Below are positions 42,992 through 53,718 of a stretch of 64,000 bases of DNA, piece after piece. Position numbers and translations under genes: made by a program. The stretch is from NCBI GenBank assembly GCA_963710605.1, contig CAVQBA010000006.1:128001-192000 (forward strand), given 5' to 3'. Numbering within the stretch: the first letter of the stretch is position 1; every line of letters begins with the position of its first letter. The DNA is from an uncultured cyanobacterium. GTDB taxonomy: Bacteria > Cyanobacteriota > Cyanobacteriia > Cyanobacteriales > Cyanobacteriaceae. The notes under the pieces were generated by a model. That model saw only the letters and a list, made by a program, of their open reading frames with translations. It had not been told where the DNA came from and made no database searches.

Positions 42992-44077
42992 TTAGTTGTT
43001 TTCGGCAGAATCGATCGTTAATAACGAAGGTGATTCAAGTTGTTTTGGTTTTAGATACAAATTTTCAATCACTACCCCCACACCAGCTACCCAAGGAGGA
43101 ACAATTAACGCCCCCAGAATACCTAAAACTTGAACTCCACCTAATACTGCTAAAAGTTGATACAAAGGTGGTACTTTCACGCTAGAACCGACTAATAAAG
43201 GATCTAGTACATAAGTTTCTAGATTTTGAATAATTAAAAACAGAAGTAGTACCCAACCAAAGGTAAATCCACCTTGAGCAATAGCGACAATCAATGCCGG
43301 TACTAAACCTAAAACAGGACCAAAAAAAGGAATTAAATTAGTAATACCAGCAATTACCCCTAAACCAAGAGCAAATTCACTAATACCAATCACCCTTAAA
43401 CCAATACTGACAGTTATTCCTAAAATAAAGGAAACGAGTAATCTACCCTGAATATATTTGCCCATACGATCGCTTACAGGACCAAATTGAGCTTGAATAC
43501 GAAGATCCCACGGTGCAGGAAATAAACTAGCAAAATCTCGAATCAGTGTATGCGAGCCAGATAACATATACCCTGAAAAAATAATTGAAAGTAAACCATT
43601 AAAAAGCCCTGTGGCAATTAGTCTAGTTAAATCTAAAGAGCTTAAAATAATTCTTTGACTATAACGTGCTGTCCATGCTACCAAGACTTGTAAATCTAAC
43701 CATTTCTCCACTAAATCTAATACCTGAGGCTCGGTGATACCTACACGAAGAATTAAGGATTGAGTCAGACTATTAAGAATATCTAAATATAAAGGGAATT
43801 TTTGTAATAATTTTTGAATTTGGGTAATGACAGTTGGTCCAATTAATAATCCTGTCACAGTAGCGATCGAAATAATTGACAGATAAGTTAATATTACCCC
43901 CAGCCAACGTGGTAGATTGAGTTTTTTCTCTCCATAATCAACTATAGGAGCTAATGTAGCCGCTAACACTGCCGAAATCATTAAAACAACGATTAATGCT
44001 CTAATTTTCCACAACAAAATCACTAAAAAAAAAGTGACGGTTACTAAAGCAATATTTCTTAAAGATTTAGACATCAA
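42992..44077 (-). CDS. AI-2E family transporter
   Basis: Multi-TM; YIQGR, NLIPFFGP, QNLE.Y.L.P. Confidence 0.88.
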   Translation of the reverse strand: MMSKSLRNIALVTVTFFLVILLWKIRALIVVLMISAVLAATLAPIVDYGEKKLNLPRWLGVILTYLSIISIATVTGLLIGPTVITQIQKLLQKFPLYLDILNSLTQSLILRVGITEPQVLDLVEKWLDLQVLVAWTARYSQRIILSSLDLTRLIATGLFNGLLSIIFSGYMLSGSHTLIRDFASLFPAPWDLRIQAQFGPVSDRMGKYIQGRLLVSFILGITVSIGLRVIGISEFALGLGVIAGITNLIPFFGPVLGLVPALIVAIAQGGFTFGWVLLLFLIIQNLETYVLDPLLVGSSVKVPPLYQLLAVLGGVQVLGILGALIVPPWVAGVGVVIENLYLKPKQLESPSLLTIDSAENN

Positions 44078-44290
44078 TCTCCTGAGCTAATGAATAATGA
44101 ATAATGAATAATGAATAATGAATAATGGAAGATTATCATTAAACTTTTGAATGTGGTGGTTATGTAAATAATGTGACAGACAAAGATAAAGAATGAACAC
44201 CTTTACAGATAAAAATCCCACAGTGAGACATTTTAACAGTCAATTACTAATAAATATATTTAATTAATATTCGTTCTTTATTTTTAACTA

Positions 44291-45004
44291 TTAACTATTA
44301 ACTTTTTCGACTGATTCTTGTATTTCCAGCGAATTTTTCTGTGAAAAGCCCCAAGTAAAAAAGCCAATAATCAAAATAATCATTAACCATTCAGGAGGAG
44401 CAAATTGTGGATAACCAACTTTAATCAGTAAACGTAAACCAACTAATGCTACGGTAATAAATCCTGCGTCTTGTAAATGAGTATATTCTTCAATCCAACG
44501 AATGAACAACTGAGCCAAAAATCGTAAGGTAATCACACCAATTGTACCTCCTGCAATAACTAACCAAACTTCATCAGCGACTGCGATTGCGGTAGTAACA
44601 CTATCAAGAGAAAATGCTAAGTCGGTAAAACCAATAATGGGTATAGTTTGCCATAGACTTGTAAAATTTAATTGTGAGCCATCGGTATTATCTTCATCTT
44701 CCGAATTAGTAAAATAACGATACGAAAGCCAAATTAAATACAATCCTCCAATCAATTCAAACTGCCAATATTTAATTACCCAAGTGGCAGTTACAATTAA
44801 AGTCATTCTCAAGACATAAGCAATTAGTAAGCCAATATTTAACGCTAAGGCTTGTTGCTTTTCGTCTTCTAAACCTTGAGCAATAGATGCTAAGGCGATC
44901 GCATTATCAGCTGATAATACGGCTTCTAATGCGACTAAAATTATTAAGATAAAAAATGTATCAAGTCCTAATTCTATCGAAGGATGTAAAATTTGCTCTA
45001 GCAT
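44291..45004 (-). CDS. TerC-family membrane protein
   Basis: LEAVLSADNA, DLAFSLDSV. Confidence 0.92.
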   Translation of the reverse strand: MLEQILHPSIELGLDTFFILIILVALEAVLSADNAIALASIAQGLEDEKQQALALNIGLLIAYVLRMTLIVTATWVIKYWQFELIGGLYLIWLSYRYFTNSEDEDNTDGSQLNFTSLWQTIPIIGFTDLAFSLDSVTTAIAVADEVWLVIAGGTIGVITLRFLAQLFIRWIEEYTHLQDAGFITVALVGLRLLIKVGYPQFAPPEWLMIILIIGFFTWGFSQKNSLEIQESVEKVNS

Positions 45005-45236
45005 TGGCGATCGTTACCTTTAAAATTAATGTTAATGTAAGTTTGGTGAATTATTATGTAAATAAAAAATATCTTTATTTTGCTTTTGAGTAATGATGAA
45101 AACTATTAAAACTATTTAGGTGACAAAATATTTTGTGCGATATGATCTAATCAAGATCGTGAAAAAGATTGATTAATCTCTCAATTATCTTTTTTACTCT
45201 ACTTCTATTCTATTATTACTTAACCTGTTCCGTAAA

Positions 45237-45641
45237 ATGCTGATTCTCGGATTTGATCCTGGTCGAGATAAATGTGGTTTAGCTATCACCAAAAATAAAG
45301 TTGAAATTCTTTATCATCAAGTAATCGAAAGTAAAGATGCGATCGAGATTATCAATAATTTGATTAATCAATATCATCCTGAGAAAATAGTAATGGGTAA
45401 TCAGACTACTTCCAAGCAATGGCAAGAAAAGTTAACCCAAAATCTTAACACTTCAATCAAAATTGAATTAATCAACGAAAAAAATAGTACTGTTGAAGCA
45501 AAACAACGTTACTGGCAAATGTATCCAGCTAAAGGATTAAAGAAATTAATTCCCTTAGAAATGAGAATTCCACCACGCCCTGTAGATGATATTGTGGCAA
45601 TTTTGTTGATTGAACGTTATTACAACCAAATCAAGGATTAA
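45237..45641 (+). CDS. YqgF/RuvX-like RNase H-fold nuclease
   Basis: LGFDPGRDKCG, MGNQT, E..ST.EA, VDD.VA.LL.ERY. Confidence 0.8.
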   Translation: MLILGFDPGRDKCGLAITKNKVEILYHQVIESKDAIEIINNLINQYHPEKIVMGNQTTSKQWQEKLTQNLNTSIKIELINEKNSTVEAKQRYWQMYPAKGLKKLIPLEMRIPPRPVDDIVAILLIERYYNQIKD

Positions 45642-45722
45642 GTTTTCTTAAGATACACTTGTTGTAACAGTAAAAAAAAGCCAACATATGATTATTTATG
45701 TCACCCGTTTAAAATCAATCAT

Positions 45723-46691
45723 ATGTCAAATCAAAATAACGAATATATTATCTATATTCACGGAGTTTCTCAAGAAAATAATCTTCCTCATACCGAAACT
45801 TACAATCAACTTCATCAGGGTATTCAAGCAGTTTCCTCAAAAGATTTTCCTCATCGACAGACTTGGCAGGAGGCGAATCGGTGCGATGTCGAATGGGGTT
45901 GGGATCATTCTTCTATCGAAAATAATAGTAATGGCGATCGATTTTTAGCTGATGCTCAAGATCAATTTGGTGATGACATTCTACAAACCGTTAAGGATAC
46001 CAGTGATTTTACAATTCGCCCTGCTCGTCTGCTAAATCCTGAGTTACGAGATTTAATGATCAAAGGATTTTCAGATATGTTTTATTATTGTTCGTATGAT
46101 GGCAAAAATAGCGTTAGAGCAACAGTTGCTTCGCAAATCATCAAATCGATTAAACAACCATTAGCTAATAACGAGCCTATCTCTCTAACCCTAATGGGGC
46201 ATAGTGCTGGTTCGATCGTCGCATTTGATTTACTTTTCTACCTGTTTGCTCCTGATGATGTTTTAAACAAACATGAGTTTATTGAAAAAAAGAATAACAC
46301 AGAAATAATCGAAGATTTTAAGCATTTACGCACTTTAGCTCAAGCACAAAAACTACGTATTCGTCGATTAATTACCTTTGGCTCACCTATTTCTATGTTA
46401 GCTTTTCGTAGTAATGCTGTGGTTAAAATTCTCGCTGAAGGAGAAAAACTTAATCCTGACGATTATGGTTTGAACCAAAACCCAGAAATATTTGGTGAGG
46501 CTTTAGCTCAACCTCGTTGGCTTAATTTTTGGGATAAAGACGACATCATTTCTTGGCCAGTTCAACCTTTGATGCAAAATTCACCAACAATAAAAGATAT
46601 TTACCCATATGTTAGTAATAATATTGCTAAAGCTCACAATGAATATTGGGATAACGAAAAAGTTCATCAACAAATAGCTCAATATTGGTAA
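45723..46691 (+). CDS. Alpha/beta-hydrolase-fold hypothetical protein
   Basis: IHG, GHSAG nucleophile elbow, TFGSP, W.NFWD.DD, terminal H..YW. Confidence 0.7.
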   Translation: MSNQNNEYIIYIHGVSQENNLPHTETYNQLHQGIQAVSSKDFPHRQTWQEANRCDVEWGWDHSSIENNSNGDRFLADAQDQFGDDILQTVKDTSDFTIRPARLLNPELRDLMIKGFSDMFYYCSYDGKNSVRATVASQIIKSIKQPLANNEPISLTLMGHSAGSIVAFDLLFYLFAPDDVLNKHEFIEKKNNTEIIEDFKHLRTLAQAQKLRIRRLITFGSPISMLAFRSNAVVKILAEGEKLNPDDYGLNQNPEIFGEALAQPRWLNFWDKDDIISWPVQPLMQNSPTIKDIYPYVSNNIAKAHNEYWDNEKVHQQIAQYW

Positions 46692-46935
46692 GTTATATTA
46701 CTAACTGATGTCACGCAAAAATTATTTGAGGTATGAGGAGTTAGGGGCTTGCCGCATTCCTTGCACCGCTTCTATCCGTAATTAGCAATTATAAAAGAGG
46801 TCTATTAAGTCTATTGCAAATTTCAACTTCTAAATAGCGAACTGCGAATTCTAATCTATTTATTATTTTGTAATCCAAAAATTTGCTTTATAATGAACAA
46901 TCGACAAGATAACTATTAATTTTAAATTAATTCTG

Positions 46936-47109
46936 ATGAGCCAAGCAATTATTGTTGATAAAATTAGATCGATCGCCGACAAGAGAAAAGCATTAGTAGA
47001 ACTACTAGAAAGACCAGATATAGGTAGTTTACGTCTTGATGTTAACCAAGCACTAGAAGAATTAGACGAATTAATTGAAGAATTAAACAAAACTTTTCCT
47101 CAAATCTAG
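46936..47109 (+). CDS. 57-aa protein missing from the ORF track (MSQAIIVDKIRSIADKRKALVELLERPDIGSLRLDVNQALEELDELIEELNKTFPQI)
   Basis: ATG 46936 to TAG 47109, normal codon usage, followed by a terminator-like hairpin. Confidence 0.7.
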   Translation: MSQAIIVDKIRSIADKRKALVELLERPDIGSLRLDVNQALEELDELIEELNKTFPQI

Positions 47110-47115
47110 ACCTTA

Positions 47116-47152
47116 AAAAAAAAGCCCATACTTAAAAAAATAGATGGGCTTC
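47116..47152. terminator. Hairpin AAGCCCAT/ATGGGCTT with A-tract
   Basis: Lies between convergent genes. Confidence 0.5.
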
Positions 47153-47210
47153 AATTATTTAATTATCAATAAAGTACGATCGTATTTTATCTGTGTGACA
47201 ATCAAAAAAA

Positions 47211-47846
47211 TTATTTATTTGGTTGAGGAGTCATACGTAAATAAGGCTTGACTTCATTAACACCTTTAGGAAATTGTTTTTTAGCATCTTCAGTCGAAAT
47301 AGAAGGCACAACTACACAATCACTGCCATCTTGCCAATTAGCAGGAGTAGCAACTTGATGATAATCAGTTAATTGTAACGAATCAATAACTCTTAAAATT
47401 TCATCAAAATTACGTCCAGTACTTGCAGGATAAGTAATAGTTAAACGTAATTTTTTGTTAGGGTCAATAATAAAAACACTTCTAACAGTCAAATTGTTCA
47501 AAGATTTAGGATGAACCATCCCATATAAATCAGCTACCTTACGATCTTCATCCGCAATAATGGGATAGTTGACGTTAGTGTTTTGAGTTTCGTTAATATC
47601 GTTAATCCAACCTTTGTGAGATTCTACACCATCCACACTTAAAGCTAATACTTTTACATTACGTTTTTCAAACTCAGGTTTCAAACTTGCCACAGTACCT
47701 AACTCAGTTGTGCAAACAGGAGTATAATCAGCAGGGTGAGAAAAAAGTACAACCCAACTGTCACCAGCCCATTTATGAAAAGAAATTTCTCCCTCACTGG
47801 TTGCTTGAGTAAAATCTGGTACTACGTCTCCTAATTGTAATGTCAT
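47211..47846 (-). CDS. 1-Cys peroxiredoxin
   Basis: FSHPADYTPVCTTE, YPASTGRNF. Confidence 0.93.
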   Translation of the reverse strand: MTLQLGDVVPDFTQATSEGEISFHKWAGDSWVVLFSHPADYTPVCTTELGTVASLKPEFEKRNVKVLALSVDGVESHKGWINDINETQNTNVNYPIIADEDRKVADLYGMVHPKSLNNLTVRSVFIIDPNKKLRLTITYPASTGRNFDEILRVIDSLQLTDYHQVATPANWQDGSDCVVVPSISTEDAKKQFPKGVNEVKPYLRMTPQPNK

Positions 47847-48313
47847 AATCTAATTTTTAGTCTTGAAAGAAAATATAGAGGTCAATCTTTATCTTGTCAT
47901 ATTAAAGGTTTGATTGTTGCATCAGCTACATTTATTGTTTTTTATCTTTACAAATCTTTACTTGATTATGTAACGAAAAACGCAGATTGACTGATAAAAT
48001 CAATAATTAATAGATACTCTAAGCACTAGCACTTAAGAGTAACCCAGACTCTTTAAAATAGTCGTTGAATACACATTTGGTTTGTCTGTACATTTTTGTT
48101 TTTTCATGAGTTATTTTTCTCATGTCTCAAATGAGTTACAGTGTGCGTACATCGTACTCAAAAATATAGTTATGTAACTATTGTTTAAATTTCAGACCAA
48201 AAAATAACTAGCGTAGATGTTTATCTATCTGCAATAGTCTCATAAAATTAATATATATCAAGATAAAGATTACATTATCACCATCAATTTTAAATCTCGG
48301 AGGTTCTACTTTA

Positions 48314-48742
48314 ATGAAATTTTGGCGTTCTCTTTTCACCTTTATGGGTGTAGTTTTATTTTCATCTTCTTTATTTTTCTCTCAACCAGCTCAAGCAGTT
48401 AACTTCACTTCTATTACTCAGGCTAGTTCTAGTATGATAGCCGTAGTTAATGAACGTCGTAATGTAGCTGATGACTTGCTAAACACTGATTTTGGACAAA
48501 AAATTGATGTTAATAACAGTGATATTCGCAATTTTCGTGAATTAAGAGGTTTTTATCCTGGATTAGCCAGTTTGATTATTCAAAATGCTCCTTATGATGA
48601 TGTTGATGGAGTATTGTCTATTCCTGGTTTGAGCGAATCACAAATTAGTAGATTACAAGCTAATATGGATAAATTTACTGCTAATCCTCCTTCGATCGTT
48701 TTTAATGAAGGAGACGAGCGTTATAATCCTGGTGTTTATTAA
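48314..48742 (+). CDS. psbU: Photosystem II 12-kDa extrinsic protein
   Basis: Signal peptide; KIDVNN.DIR.FR..RGFYP.LA, NAPY, EGDERYNPGVY; GGAGG RBS. Confidence 0.93.
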   Translation: MKFWRSLFTFMGVVLFSSSLFFSQPAQAVNFTSITQASSSMIAVVNERRNVADDLLNTDFGQKIDVNNSDIRNFRELRGFYPGLASLIIQNAPYDDVDGVLSIPGLSESQISRLQANMDKFTANPPSIVFNEGDERYNPGVY

Positions 48743-48795
48743 ATCAAAATTTGAATAAGTCACTTTAGATTAAGTACTTAATTATAATAATTTTG

Positions 48796-48829
48796 AAGGA
48801 GTAACTAGTATTGCCGTTACTCCTTTTTT
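48796..48829 (+). terminator. psbU intrinsic terminator
   Basis: AAGGAGTAAC...GTTACTCCTT followed by a T-run. Confidence 0.75.
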
Positions 48830-49037
48830 GTTGTCATTTAAGCTAAATCAACTTGATAGTAACAATATCTGTGAAACGATCGACTTTCAATACAGTATTT
48901 GTACTTCAATTAAACTGAATAATCATCAAACTCGACTCTAACCGTGTCCAAACAACCAATAATTGTGATCAAATAAGACAAAATAAAGTAGTCTAGCAAT
49001 TATAATTAATTTTAATTCCTAGTCATGAACTTATAAA

Positions 49038-50471
49038 ATGAGAAGACCTCTATTTTGTATTTGGCAAAAAGATATAATTGAGCAAAATCAACAAAAAAGA
49101 CAATTAGCCTTAGAAAAATTAGAATTAACATCAAATAAAGTAATTCCTATTTTTGACGAAGCAACTCAAACTGTTGCCGACGTTTTAAATTGTCCAATTG
49201 CTATGTTAGGAATAGTTTCAGTTACTCAAACAGAATATATTTTAAAGTCAGCTTATGGGCTTTCTAATTTAGGTTTGATGAACGAATTAGCTCGTACCAG
49301 AAAAGTTTCTACTCCACAATCCTTCGCAACAAACGTAATTGATAGTTGTAGTTGTTTACTAATTGACAACACCTTAAATGATAGTTTTTTTTCTCAAACT
49401 GATTTTTCTTTAATTTATGGTATCACAGCTTATATTGGTGTTCCTCTAATTACGGCTGATGGAGTTTGTATTGGTTGTTTAGAAGTGATGGATACTCAAT
49501 CACGTGAATTTAGCCCGATAGAAATTAATTATCTAACTGTTACCGCTCGTTGGTGTCTTGCTGAGTATGAAAGAAATAAACTGGTAACGACAATTGCGAC
49601 TACTAATTTAATCACTAATCAGCAATCTGTGGTCAATGATTTAAATTCAGCGGAGTTACTGCCGACTCAGAATGAAGTTGTCTCACCATCATTACCACTT
49701 CAACAAGATAGTCATAGTGATTATGATCAAGAATCATATCTGAAAAAACTGATTTTTTTATTGTTAAATAAATTAATTGGTAAACTGTCTATACCTTTGA
49801 CTTCTGTGATTGGAATGTCGAGTGTTTTAAAACGAGAAATTTACGGTAATTTAAACCCTAAACAATCAGAGTATATTGAAATTATTTATAATAGTGGGCA
49901 AGAAGTTACTAATCTAATTGATGAAATTACTCAAATTACTAATATTGAAAATGAGCTAAAGCTTGTATATGCACCAGTAGATTTAGAAAATTTAGGTAAG
50001 CAAGTAATTGCTAGCTTAGAGTCAATGGCTGACACTCAAAAGCAAAAAATGCGTTTATCTATTCAGCCGGGAAAAAAAGTATGGCGACTCGATCGAGAAA
50101 AAGTTAAAAAGACTATTTATTATCTTTTAATTAGCGTCATCCAAAGTTCTCGCACAGGGGGAGAAATTCAAATTCATATTTCTCAAAAAGGTGAGCAACT
50201 TAATATTAGTTGTCATGTTGATCATTCTTGGTTAGGAGATGGTATTTCTTTAGAAAAAGTTAACTGGTATCGAGAAATTTTGCAATATGATGAATATAAT
50301 CATTTATCGATCGAAAATAGTGTTAATCTAATCAAACACAACAATCTTGATTATGATTTAATTTGCTTATTATTTACTGCTTATTTAGCTCATATTCAAA
50401 ACGGTAATGTCAAATTACTAGGCTCGATCGAATCTGGACATCGTTTTATTCTCTCCATACCTGTTCCTTAA
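49038..50471 (+). CDS. GAF-domain histidine-kinase-like protein lacking the phosphoacceptor His
   Basis: GAF (AYIGVPL...IGCL.V.D); H-box reads IGKLSIPLTSVIG; degenerate HATPase. Confidence 0.75.
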   Translation: MRRPLFCIWQKDIIEQNQQKRQLALEKLELTSNKVIPIFDEATQTVADVLNCPIAMLGIVSVTQTEYILKSAYGLSNLGLMNELARTRKVSTPQSFATNVIDSCSCLLIDNTLNDSFFSQTDFSLIYGITAYIGVPLITADGVCIGCLEVMDTQSREFSPIEINYLTVTARWCLAEYERNKLVTTIATTNLITNQQSVVNDLNSAELLPTQNEVVSPSLPLQQDSHSDYDQESYLKKLIFLLLNKLIGKLSIPLTSVIGMSSVLKREIYGNLNPKQSEYIEIIYNSGQEVTNLIDEITQITNIENELKLVYAPVDLENLGKQVIASLESMADTQKQKMRLSIQPGKKVWRLDREKVKKTIYYLLISVIQSSRTGGEIQIHISQKGEQLNISCHVDHSWLGDGISLEKVNWYREILQYDEYNHLSIENSVNLIKHNNLDYDLICLLFTAYLAHIQNGNVKLLGSIESGHRFILSIPVP

Positions 50472-50472
50472 A

Positions 50473-50976
50473 CTAATGAGTAAATTGTTTAATTATATTT
50501 TCGTGCTGAGGATATAATTTAATCAAACTTTCTTGTTCAGCGATCGAAAAATCATCAAAATCAAAACCGGGAGCAACAGTACAACCAATCAAACTATAAG
50601 ATTTTGGTTGGCTCACACCACAAGCAAACCAAGTTTGTTGAGGGATAACTAACTGTAAAATTTGGTTTTGATCAGGCATATTTCCTAATTTATAATAAGA
50701 ATATTTTCCTTGTTCACTAATTAAATGAACATCTAAAGCAGAGCCACTATAAAAATGAAATATTTCATCACTTTTAAGTTTATGAAAACGAGAAAAATCT
50801 TCGTCTATTAATAAATAATAAATAGCTGTACTAGCATTTCTTGAACTATCATATTTATTTAAAGAGCCATCTTGATTTACTATATCTAAACTTCGATAAG
50901 TTTCTCGATAATATCCACCCTCTGGATGTTCTTGTAAATCTAGTTTTTTGACCCAATCTTTACCTGTTAAATTCAT
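50473..50976 (-). CDS. Cupin_5 (DUF985) protein
   Basis: HPEGGYYRETYRS, TAIYYLL, SDEIFHFY, GCTVAPGFDF. Confidence 0.88.
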   Translation of the reverse strand: MNLTGKDWVKKLDLQEHPEGGYYRETYRSLDIVNQDGSLNKYDSSRNASTAIYYLLIDEDFSRFHKLKSDEIFHFYSGSALDVHLISEQGKYSYYKLGNMPDQNQILQLVIPQQTWFACGVSQPKSYSLIGCTVAPGFDFDDFSIAEQESLIKLYPQHENIIKQFTH

Positions 50977-51161
50977 TTTCTTTTCTACTAAATATGATAA
51001 TTTGTGCAAAAATACCGAAGTGATATTGGTAGTATAGCTAATCACTGACAGTTAATAGTATAGATTATCAATTATCGTGACTGTGGACATTCTCTGTGCC
51101 TCTGTCGCATTACTAGCGGGCTTCTGTCCGCAATTATCAATTATCAATTATTAATTATTGT

Positions 51162-52136
51162 ATGCCTATTTATTTGTATTGGGGTGATGACAATTTTGTT
51201 ATTAATCAACAAGTCAGTAACCTAAAAAAAGAAAACTTAGATAGTAACTGGCTACAATTCAATTTCCAAAAATTTTCTGGAGATAAAGCTGAGTATATTG
51301 AAGAGGCTTTAATCGAAGTAATGACTGCTCCTTTTGGTAGTGGCAATCGATTAGTATTAATAGAAAATACAACCATATTTACTCAATGTAGTGAAGACTT
51401 GTTGATACAGTTACAAAAAACTTTACCACAAATTCCTGCGACAACTCATTTATTGTTTATTAGTAATAAAAAACCGAATAATAGATTAAAAAGTAGTAAA
51501 TTATTAACTAGTCAACAAGCCGAAATAAAAGAGTTTAGTTTAACCCCTCCTTGGCAAACTGATATTTTAGTGAAAAAAGTAGCTAATTCATGTCAAGAAA
51601 AAGGAATTAAAATTAACACTGAAGCGATCGAAGTCTTAGCTAATTGTGTCGGAAACGATAGTCTTTTATTATGGCAAGAAATAGAAAAATTAGCAATTTA
51701 TCAAGGAGAAAAAAGTCAACCTTTAGATAGCGAAATAATTAAAGAATTAGTTAATTCTAGTAACCAAAATAGTTTGCAATTAGCTAAAGAAATTTTAAAT
51801 AATAATGTTGCTAATGCTTTACAAATAGCTACAGATTTAATTAATATGAATGAGCCTGCATTGAGGATAGTTGCAACCTTAGTCGGGCAATTTAGAACAT
51901 GGACAATCGTTAAAAATATGATCGAAATAGGAGAAAAAGACGAGCAAAAAATAGCTAAAATAGCTGATATTTATAATCCTAAAAGAATTTATTTTCTCAA
52001 AAAAGAAGTCAATCGCAAAACAGTAAAGCAATTAAATAAAAGCTTACCAATCTTGCTAGAATTAGAATCTAGTTTAAAATTAGGAGCTGAACCTTTAACT
52101 ACTTTAAAAACTAAAATAATCGAATTGTGTCAGTAA
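51162..52136 (+). CDS. holA: DNA polymerase III delta subunit
   Basis: MPIYLYWGDD, TAPFG...RLV, PPWQ, E.EKL, EPALRIVATL. Confidence 0.9.
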   Translation: MPIYLYWGDDNFVINQQVSNLKKENLDSNWLQFNFQKFSGDKAEYIEEALIEVMTAPFGSGNRLVLIENTTIFTQCSEDLLIQLQKTLPQIPATTHLLFISNKKPNNRLKSSKLLTSQQAEIKEFSLTPPWQTDILVKKVANSCQEKGIKINTEAIEVLANCVGNDSLLLWQEIEKLAIYQGEKSQPLDSEIIKELVNSSNQNSLQLAKEILNNNVANALQIATDLINMNEPALRIVATLVGQFRTWTIVKNMIEIGEKDEQKIAKIADIYNPKRIYFLKKEVNRKTVKQLNKSLPILLELESSLKLGAEPLTTLKTKIIELCQ

Positions 52137-52364
52137 TAAAAATAGTAATAGTAGTGGTATTTTCACCGTAGTTTGAGACATTATTAATTAAAATAACTAT
52201 TAACTATTATGCCCACCCTGAAATAAATTTCAAGGCTAATCGATTACGTTCAATAAATTGAACTCAAATTTAAAAGTGCGAAAATTGTCTCATCGTTATT
52301 TTAAACGACTATAAATTATTATTCATGCTTCATTCCTCATTACTCATCTTTCCTTTATTACTCC

Positions 52365-53441
52365 TTACTCATTCTTCATGGGTTTTTCCGAGGCAAAATA
52401 ATTTAATTGAGTAGGATAAGCAAACTCTATATTATGCTGAGTAAACGCATTTTTAATCGCTAAATTAACTTTATGTTTAGCTTGACGATATTTTTTTAAC
52501 TCATTACTATGTACATAAAAAATAACTTCAAAATCCAGACTAAAATCACCGTAACTAGAAAAATAAGCAATATCAAGAGTTATAATATTTATGTCTTTTA
52601 AAGCATACTTAATAATCTCAGGAATTTCTTCTAACAACTCATGTGGAGTTTGATAAATAACTCCGATTGTTAAAATTACCTGCCTTCTTTGCATACGCTT
52701 AAAATTACGTAATCTAGAGTTAGTTAAATCCGTATTTGCTAGAATAATTTGCTCTCCTGTTAAGGCTTTTATCCTTGTAGTTTTAATCCCAATATGTTCT
52801 ACATAACCGACAAAATCATCAACCGAAACTAAATCATATATTTCAAAAGGACAATCGAATAAAATAGCAAAATAACTAAACAAGTCTTGTAGAATACCTT
52901 GAGAAGCTAAAGCAATTGCCACACCACCAATACCTAAACCTGCTACTATCGCCCCGACATCCAAACCTAAATTACTTAATATAAATATAGTAGCTAAAGT
53001 CCAAATCATAACTCTTAAAGCAGGGAATAGAGCATTGATTTTACTTTCAATATTTTGATCAGATAACTGATATTTTGTGCTATAAAAAGAAATACTAATC
53101 CGAGAAATATCAACCAATAATTGAGCCACATAAAAAGTAGTCGCCAAAATCAAAATCGTTTTAGTCGTTGTTAAAACTGTCGGGTGTAAATTGATTTCTT
53201 TGACTGTCAGATAAAATAAACCAAAGTAACTAATCGGCAAAAAATATTGATTTAAAAGCTCAATAAAAGTAGTTGTAAGAATATGCTCATTGTGATCACT
53301 AATTTTTCTTAGCTGGCGAAAGATAAATTTTTTGATGAAGTCAAGAAAAAAATAACCGAAAACCAAAATAAATGAAGAGATAATTATATCTTTAACAAGG
53401 CTAGGTAAATTGGTAATTAAATCAATGACAGGTTGCCACAT
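52365..53441 (-). CDS. MscS-family mechanosensitive channel
   Basis: GLGIGGVAIALA.Q..L.D.F, IGIKTTR, NFKRM, IEFAYPT. Confidence 0.92.
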   Translation of the reverse strand: MWQPVIDLITNLPSLVKDIIISSFILVFGYFFLDFIKKFIFRQLRKISDHNEHILTTTFIELLNQYFLPISYFGLFYLTVKEINLHPTVLTTTKTILILATTFYVAQLLVDISRISISFYSTKYQLSDQNIESKINALFPALRVMIWTLATIFILSNLGLDVGAIVAGLGIGGVAIALASQGILQDLFSYFAILFDCPFEIYDLVSVDDFVGYVEHIGIKTTRIKALTGEQIILANTDLTNSRLRNFKRMQRRQVILTIGVIYQTPHELLEEIPEIIKYALKDINIITLDIAYFSSYGDFSLDFEVIFYVHSNELKKYRQAKHKVNLAIKNAFTQHNIEFAYPTQLNYFASEKPMKNE

Positions 53442-53718
53442 AAGTATAAATGCAAGATTGATAAGACGTTTTGAATAATGAGAGTGCTTTGTTTATGTTT
53501 TACTCTTAATATTCCTTCACCTAGTTTAGAGTAATTACTCTTGTTTTATCGCCAATAAAAAAACTCATTCGATCGTATAATGACTTTGATAATGATTGTT
53601 CTCAGTATAGTCTTTGTGTGACTACAAAACTTAGTTTGATAAAAATATTGTCTAATTCTCAATTATCTCAATTATTAGAGTAAAGTAATGACTAACTTTG
53701 GATATCATTTGGTAATTT

